Assembly (NCBI GenBank): GCA_964584815.1
Contig: CAZPBO010000005.1
Location: forward strand, 10,463 to 58,772
Source: an uncultured Planctomycetota bacterium
GTDB taxonomy: Bacteria > Planctomycetota > SKW154
Length of the DNA: 48,310 nt
Direction of reading: 5' to 3'
Shown: piece by piece, positions 44,352-48,310 of the stretch
Position numbering within the stretch: position 1 is the stretch's first letter
How the letters are laid out: every line of letters begins with the position of its first letter
The notes under the pieces: model-generated
Database searches by the model: none
The model's input: only the letters and a program-made list of their open reading frames with translations
What the model was told of the DNA's origin: nothing
Translations under genes and position numbers: made by a program

Positions 44352-47300
44352 ATGCGTGAAGACGAGATAGTGGCGGAGTTGCTGCGCAGGCGAGTGGTGA
44401 AACAGGCGCAATACGCACAGTGCGCTAAGGAAGCGCTGGCGGCGGGCAAGTCTGTCATAGACCTGCTCTATGAGAAGGGAATAGTGGACGCCAAGACGCT
44501 GGAAAGTCTTGGCTGGAAGGTGCGACGCACAAAGACCGTCATTTCGGGCTTTGAAATAGTGGGTGAGATAAAACAGGGGGCGATGGGTAATGTCTATAAG
44601 GCGATACAGACATCACTGGGTCGTCTTGTGGCGCTGAAGGTTCTGCCCGCGTGGCTTGCGCGGGATGCGACATATGTGGAGAGGTTTTTGAGGGAGGCAA
44701 GGGCGGCAGCGGCACTCAACCACCCTAATATAGTCTCGGTCATAGATGTCGGGGTGGATGGCGGGGTCTACTATATGGTTATGGAGTATGTGGAAGGGGA
44801 GAACCTAAAGGATGTGATAGCGCGTAAGGGGCGGTTGGGGGAGAAGGAAGCGCTGAAATACACGCTGGATATAGCGCAGGCGCTGGAGGCGGCACACAGA
44901 GCGGGCATCGTCCACCGCGACATAAAGCCCGCCAACATCCTCATCGCTGAAGACGGAACGGCGAAACTGTGCGATTTGGGTCTGGCGAAAAAACGAGAGG
45001 GTGATGTGCAGTTGACAGGTGTGGGACAGATTCTGGGCTCCCCCCAATATATGGCGCCCGAGCAGGTGGAGGACTCCGCGTCGGTTGATATCCGCTCTGA
45101 TATATATTCTCTGGGTGTGACGCTGTTTCAAATGCTGACGGGGCGTCTACCGTATGAGGGACGCAACATATACGAGATAATGGAGAAGCAACTGCGCGAG
45201 CCGCTGCCTGATGTGAGGCGGATAGTGCCCGGCGTCTCCGAAAATGTCGCCCGGCTTGTCAGGCGCATGACCGACAAGCGCCCCGAACGCCGTTACCAGA
45301 CACCAACAGAGTTGATAAAGGACATAAAGCGGGTGATGAGTGGGAGGGCACCACGGGCTGCGTCGGCAGTGGCACGGCAGCGCCCCGCAACACCCCGAGC
45401 AGAGGCACGCCCTTCCAATGCAGCACGGGTGGCAGAACGCCGCACCGTCGTTCCCCCCACCACATCCTCGTCTGCCGCAGGCAAAATCGTCGCTGCTGCC
45501 GTCGTCGTCGTTGCCGTCCTCATACTCATCTCTGTCGTTCCCCGCCTCATCTCATCAACTTCCCCTCCATCACCTTCCTCAACAGGGCAGCAACCCTCGG
45601 TGCACCATCCACACACACCCCCCATTCCTACACCACCAAAACCACCTGTTCCACCCAGACCGCCAAAACCATCCACCCCCTCAGACTCGGAGGTTACAAG
45701 CAAGCGTCAGGACCTGCTACCTGTGATAAGGCAGTTGCTCAAACGATACAGGCTGAACCGGAAGAACGCGATACTGGCGTTGCGGGCTCTCGCCTCACGC
45801 ACGCGCCACGACGATGTGCGGAAGCAGGCGTTGGAGGTGGCGGAAGAGTTATGCGGTCCTCTCGTGCTGGATTTGAAGCAGGGTCTTGAGGCGGCACAGA
45901 CACCTTCCGACTTGGAGCGTCTTGCTGGGGAGATAAAGGAGACGGCGGAGTTTGTGAGGGGGACAAAGTATGAGGCGGAAGTGGCGCGGGTCAAGGCGGC
46001 GGTGCTTGATAGGTTGAACACATCAATAGGTGAGGTGGAAACGCGGGTGCGGCAGTTGGTGAGGGAAGGGAAGTTTGAGGCGGCGCGGAAGGCTCTGAGC
46101 GGGCTTTATGGGGTTGCGCAGGCGCGTAAGACACTGAATGAACTTGATGCTCTGATAAGAAAGAAGAAGGCAGAGGCGGAAGCGGCACGGGCAGAGCAAG
46201 AGCGGAAAAGACAAGAAAAATTGCGCGAGGAGATAAAAGCGGCTCTGGCAGCATTAGACGCTCAACGCGTCTACTCCCTTCTCTCAAAATCTAACGCTCT
46301 GCCACAGGAGCAGTCCGATTTCTACCTGGGCATGGCGCGGGCAGCACAGGTCATTCGCCCCGCCGTAAAGAGTGCGCTTGCAAGATTGGTGGGCAAACAG
46401 GTTCGTTTGCAGACAAGAAAAGGCGAGTCCTTAACGGGACTGCTGAACCGTGTGGATGATGAGGGTATCGTTGTTGAGGGCAGAAAATACAGGTGGGGTG
46501 ATATACCGATATGGCAGATGGCAAAACTGACACTGGGGGGGAAACCTTCCGGAAGACTGGTAGCGGCTTGTCTGTCAATGATGTGCTTCTTTAAGGAGCC
46601 GGCGGACAAGGTGGCGGCGTTATGGCCGCAGGCAGAAGGCTTGGGACTGGACCTGCCCGATGCGCTGAAAGAGTATCTGGCGTCAGCAGTGCTAACCGCC
46701 GGACTGAAACCGGTGGAAACACTGATGCGGCGTGGTAGATATATCAACGCGGGCGAACAACTCTCTCTTCTGGCGGAGCGTTTCAAAACAACACGCGCTT
46801 TCGCGAACCGCAAAGAAAAGATAACCGCTTTGATGGAACAATGCCTTAAGAAGAGTGGTTTGAGAGCAGCCTTTGCGGGCGAAGTCTCCTTCACCGCCGG
46901 GATGGTGCGGGTTCGCTACGACTTCTCCGACCCAGGACAGTTTCGGGATTTTGCCTTCTATCCCCAGAACAAGAAGGAGAAGAAGAAGCCGCAGTGCGAG
47001 TGGCGCGTGGAGAGCGGAGCACTCTATGGCAGCGGCAACGGTTGTTTGCGCTGGCTCTGCCCAACACTCGGTGATGCCAAGGTGCGCCTCATCGCCGTCC
47101 CGCTGACCAAAACAAAAACCTTCGCCCTCCGTCTCTGCGATTCAGGTCGCGGCGAGCGTGGACAGTTTATCACAGCCGTCGTCTCCCTCCCCATTTACAA
47201 AAAACAGACAGTGGGCGTCCGCAACGGTAAACCGATTATACAGTGGAAATATCTCCACGATGAGCATCGCCTCGCGTACAAGAAAATCTCCCGCGCCAAA

Positions 47301-47534
47301 AAGTGGATAACTACAAACCCCGTCCTGAAGGAAGGTGAACCCGTCATAATTGAAGTCCTTAAAAAAGGAAATGAGGTGACAATGAAAATAGAAAACACAA
47401 CGATAAGAGCAGAAATGACTGGTTTCAAGAAAGGATTTGTGGTTCTGCGCGTTCGCAACTCCACCGTAAAGTTCAAAATGTTAACGATTTACTGCCACCC
47501 GGACGCGTCGTGGGTTCGCTCCCGCTCCCGTTGA
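44352..47534 (+). CDS. Membrane-spanning Ser/Thr protein kinase with T2SS-E-N-like N-terminal module, Pro-rich linker and large extracytoplasmic region
   Basis: Kinase motifs GAMGNVYK, ALK, HRDIKPANIL, DLG (in place of DFG) and APE. TM IVAAAVVVVAVLILISVV, then a P/S/T-rich stretch. A helical region is followed by a beta-rich C-terminal ~200 aa (jelly-roll/lectin-like by eye). Confidence 0.9.
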   Translation: MREDEIVAELLRRRVVKQAQYAQCAKEALAAGKSVIDLLYEKGIVDAKTLESLGWKVRRTKTVISGFEIVGEIKQGAMGNVYKAIQTSLGRLVALKVLPAWLARDATYVERFLREARAAAALNHPNIVSVIDVGVDGGVYYMVMEYVEGENLKDVIARKGRLGEKEALKYTLDIAQALEAAHRAGIVHRDIKPANILIAEDGTAKLCDLGLAKKREGDVQLTGVGQILGSPQYMAPEQVEDSASVDIRSDIYSLGVTLFQMLTGRLPYEGRNIYEIMEKQLREPLPDVRRIVPGVSENVARLVRRMTDKRPERRYQTPTELIKDIKRVMSGRAPRAASAVARQRPATPRAEARPSNAARVAERRTVVPPTTSSSAAGKIVAAAVVVVAVLILISVVPRLISSTSPPSPSSTGQQPSVHHPHTPPIPTPPKPPVPPRPPKPSTPSDSEVTSKRQDLLPVIRQLLKRYRLNRKNAILALRALASRTRHDDVRKQALEVAEELCGPLVLDLKQGLEAAQTPSDLERLAGEIKETAEFVRGTKYEAEVARVKAAVLDRLNTSIGEVETRVRQLVREGKFEAARKALSGLYGVAQARKTLNELDALIRKKKAEAEAARAEQERKRQEKLREEIKAALAALDAQRVYSLLSKSNALPQEQSDFYLGMARAAQVIRPAVKSALARLVGKQVRLQTRKGESLTGLLNRVDDEGIVVEGRKYRWGDIPIWQMAKLTLGGKPSGRLVAACLSMMCFFKEPADKVAALWPQAEGLGLDLPDALKEYLASAVLTAGLKPVETLMRRGRYINAGEQLSLLAERFKTTRAFANRKEKITALMEQCLKKSGLRAAFAGEVSFTAGMVRVRYDFSDPGQFRDFAFYPQNKKEKKKPQCEWRVESGALYGSGNGCLRWLCPTLGDAKVRLIAVPLTKTKTFALRLCDSGRGERGQFITAVVSLPIYKKQTVGVRNGKPIIQWKYLHDEHRLAYKKISRAKKWITTNPVLKEGEPVIIEVLKKGNEVTMKIENTTIRAEMTGFKKGFVVLRVRNSTVKFKMLTIYCHPDASWVRSRSR

Positions 47535-47578
47535 ATTGCCAGTTACACAATTTTTACACAAATCCCCCAGAAAAACTC

Positions 47579-47606
47579 TTGACATTTTGGCAATCGGTGC
47601 TATGCT
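47579..47606 (+). promoter_or_regulatory. Sigma70-type promoter candidate (consensus -35, extended -10)
   Basis: TTGACA at 47579-47584, 16-nt spacer ending in TGc, TATGCT at 47601-47606. AGGAGG lies 7 nt before the ATG at 47650. Confidence 0.5.
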
Positions 47607-47649
47607 ATTTACGAGTGGTTACTACAAAAGTCTTTTAGGAGGAGTCGTC

Positions 47650-48310
47650 ATGGCAGAGTATGAAGACTACGAGGAGTACGATGAGTATGGTGAGGGGTTG
47701 GAAGAAGAGGAGATGCTGGAGGAGTATATCCCTCCAGAGGAGAAGCCGTGGTGGATGCACTGGGCATTACCTTTTCTTGCCAGTGTCGTCGTTCACATCT
47801 TCTTCCTAATTGCGGCGCTACTTATTGTCTTTGAGGTCTGGGGTGGGGAGAAAACAAAGATTATTGAAGTGACAAAGCCCAATGAGATAACACCGCAGGA
47901 GTACGACGAGAACCGTCCGCGTGATGTTATGAAGACGCCGCTTGTGGATGCTGAAAAAGAGGTGGAGCGCCCCATCATTGAACTGGACCAGGAGAAACCC
48001 GAAACCAAGGACATTCCTAAAGGAACCAGTTTTGACAACTTAAGTAACAAGAACTTGGATTCAACGGGCTACATAGACGCTTACGGTATAGGCGGTGGTC
48101 GTGCAGGCGCTTATGGCGCCAGATGGGGACACGGGTCACTGGTTCGTGAAGGAGGCTCACCAGGCACGGAGAGTGCGGTGATAGCGGCATTGAGATGGCT
48201 GTGGCGTCACCAGAACCGTCCCGACCCCGATAAAGGCATGAGCAAAGGTGACCCGGAATGCGGCGGTTGGGATGTCGTCAGGTTTGAACGCTGGTGCAAA
48301 AAACCTGGCG
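47650..48310 (+). CDS. Membrane-anchored protein with hyper-acidic N-terminus, 3' end cut by window edge
   Basis: This ORF is not in the supplied track because it runs off the window. Sequence: MAEYEDYEEYDEYGEGLEEEEMLEEY..., TM LPFLASVVVHIFFLIAALLIVF, then AVIAALRWLWRHQN. The last motif recalls prenyltransferase/terpene-cyclase-like alpha-alpha repeats common in PVC-group secreted proteins. Confidence 0.7.
   Translation, partial: MAEYEDYEEYDEYGEGLEEEEMLEEYIPPEEKPWWMHWALPFLASVVVHIFFLIAALLIVFEVWGGEKTKIIEVTKPNEITPQEYDENRPRDVMKTPLVDAEKEVERPIIELDQEKPETKDIPKGTSFDNLSNKNLDSTGYIDAYGIGGGRAGAYGARWGHGSLVREGGSPGTESAVIAALRWLWRHQNRPDPDKGMSKGDPECGGWDVVRFERWCKKPG

Noticed and set aside
1-48310. Search for tRNA, rRNA, CRISPR arrays, IS elements, integrases, toxin-antitoxin pairs or known defence genes.
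   Set aside because: Intergenic spaces are all about 310 bp or less and show no cloverleaf-like or repeat-spacer structure. No ORF shows transposase (DDE), recombinase, nuclease-helicase or other defence-island hallmarks that I could recognise.

Overview
This is a 48.3-kb, gene-dense, moderately GC-rich bacterial chromosomal segment with about 50 CDS, many joined by stop/start overlaps. I found no rRNA, tRNA, CRISPR array, transposase, integrase or prophage signature. All family names come from motifs read by eye, because no database search was possible.

Recognisable content:
- Housekeeping genes: xseB-ispA, pyrE, cinA, htpX, mtaB, transaldolase, purN, and a nfi-panD-panC-folK-pssA-psd-formimidoyltransferase string.
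- An LPS/heptose block (GT4, MsbA-like, hldA, hldC, LpxL-family), which implies a diderm envelope.
- Two separated type II secretion / type IV pilus-like modules. One is GAF-histidine kinase, receiver, GspE/PilB, GspF/PilC at 15.3-19.8 kb. The other is GspK, GspC/PilP-like, GspL/PilM-like, GspM/PilO-like at 28.7-32.3 kb. No pseudopilin, secretin or prepilin peptidase is present in the window.
- Two large membrane-spanning Ser/Thr kinases whose N-termini resemble the N-terminal domain of the GspE ATPase encoded in the same window.
- A Fur-family regulator coupled to an 11-Cys microprotein, divergent from an NADH-oxidase/CoA-disulfide-reductase-like gene.
- An NtrC-type AAA+ regulator with a degenerate GAFTGA loop.

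The best candidate for an undescribed system is a translationally coupled five-gene operon at 289-6397. It encodes one soluble protein, one 900-aa exported coiled-coil protein with a membrane-bracketed cytoplasmic domain, and three integral membrane proteins. I could not find a catalytic, transporter or secretion signature in any of them.

The gene content and codon usage suggest a possibly thermophilic member of a PVC-like or candidate phylum. This is an inference only.
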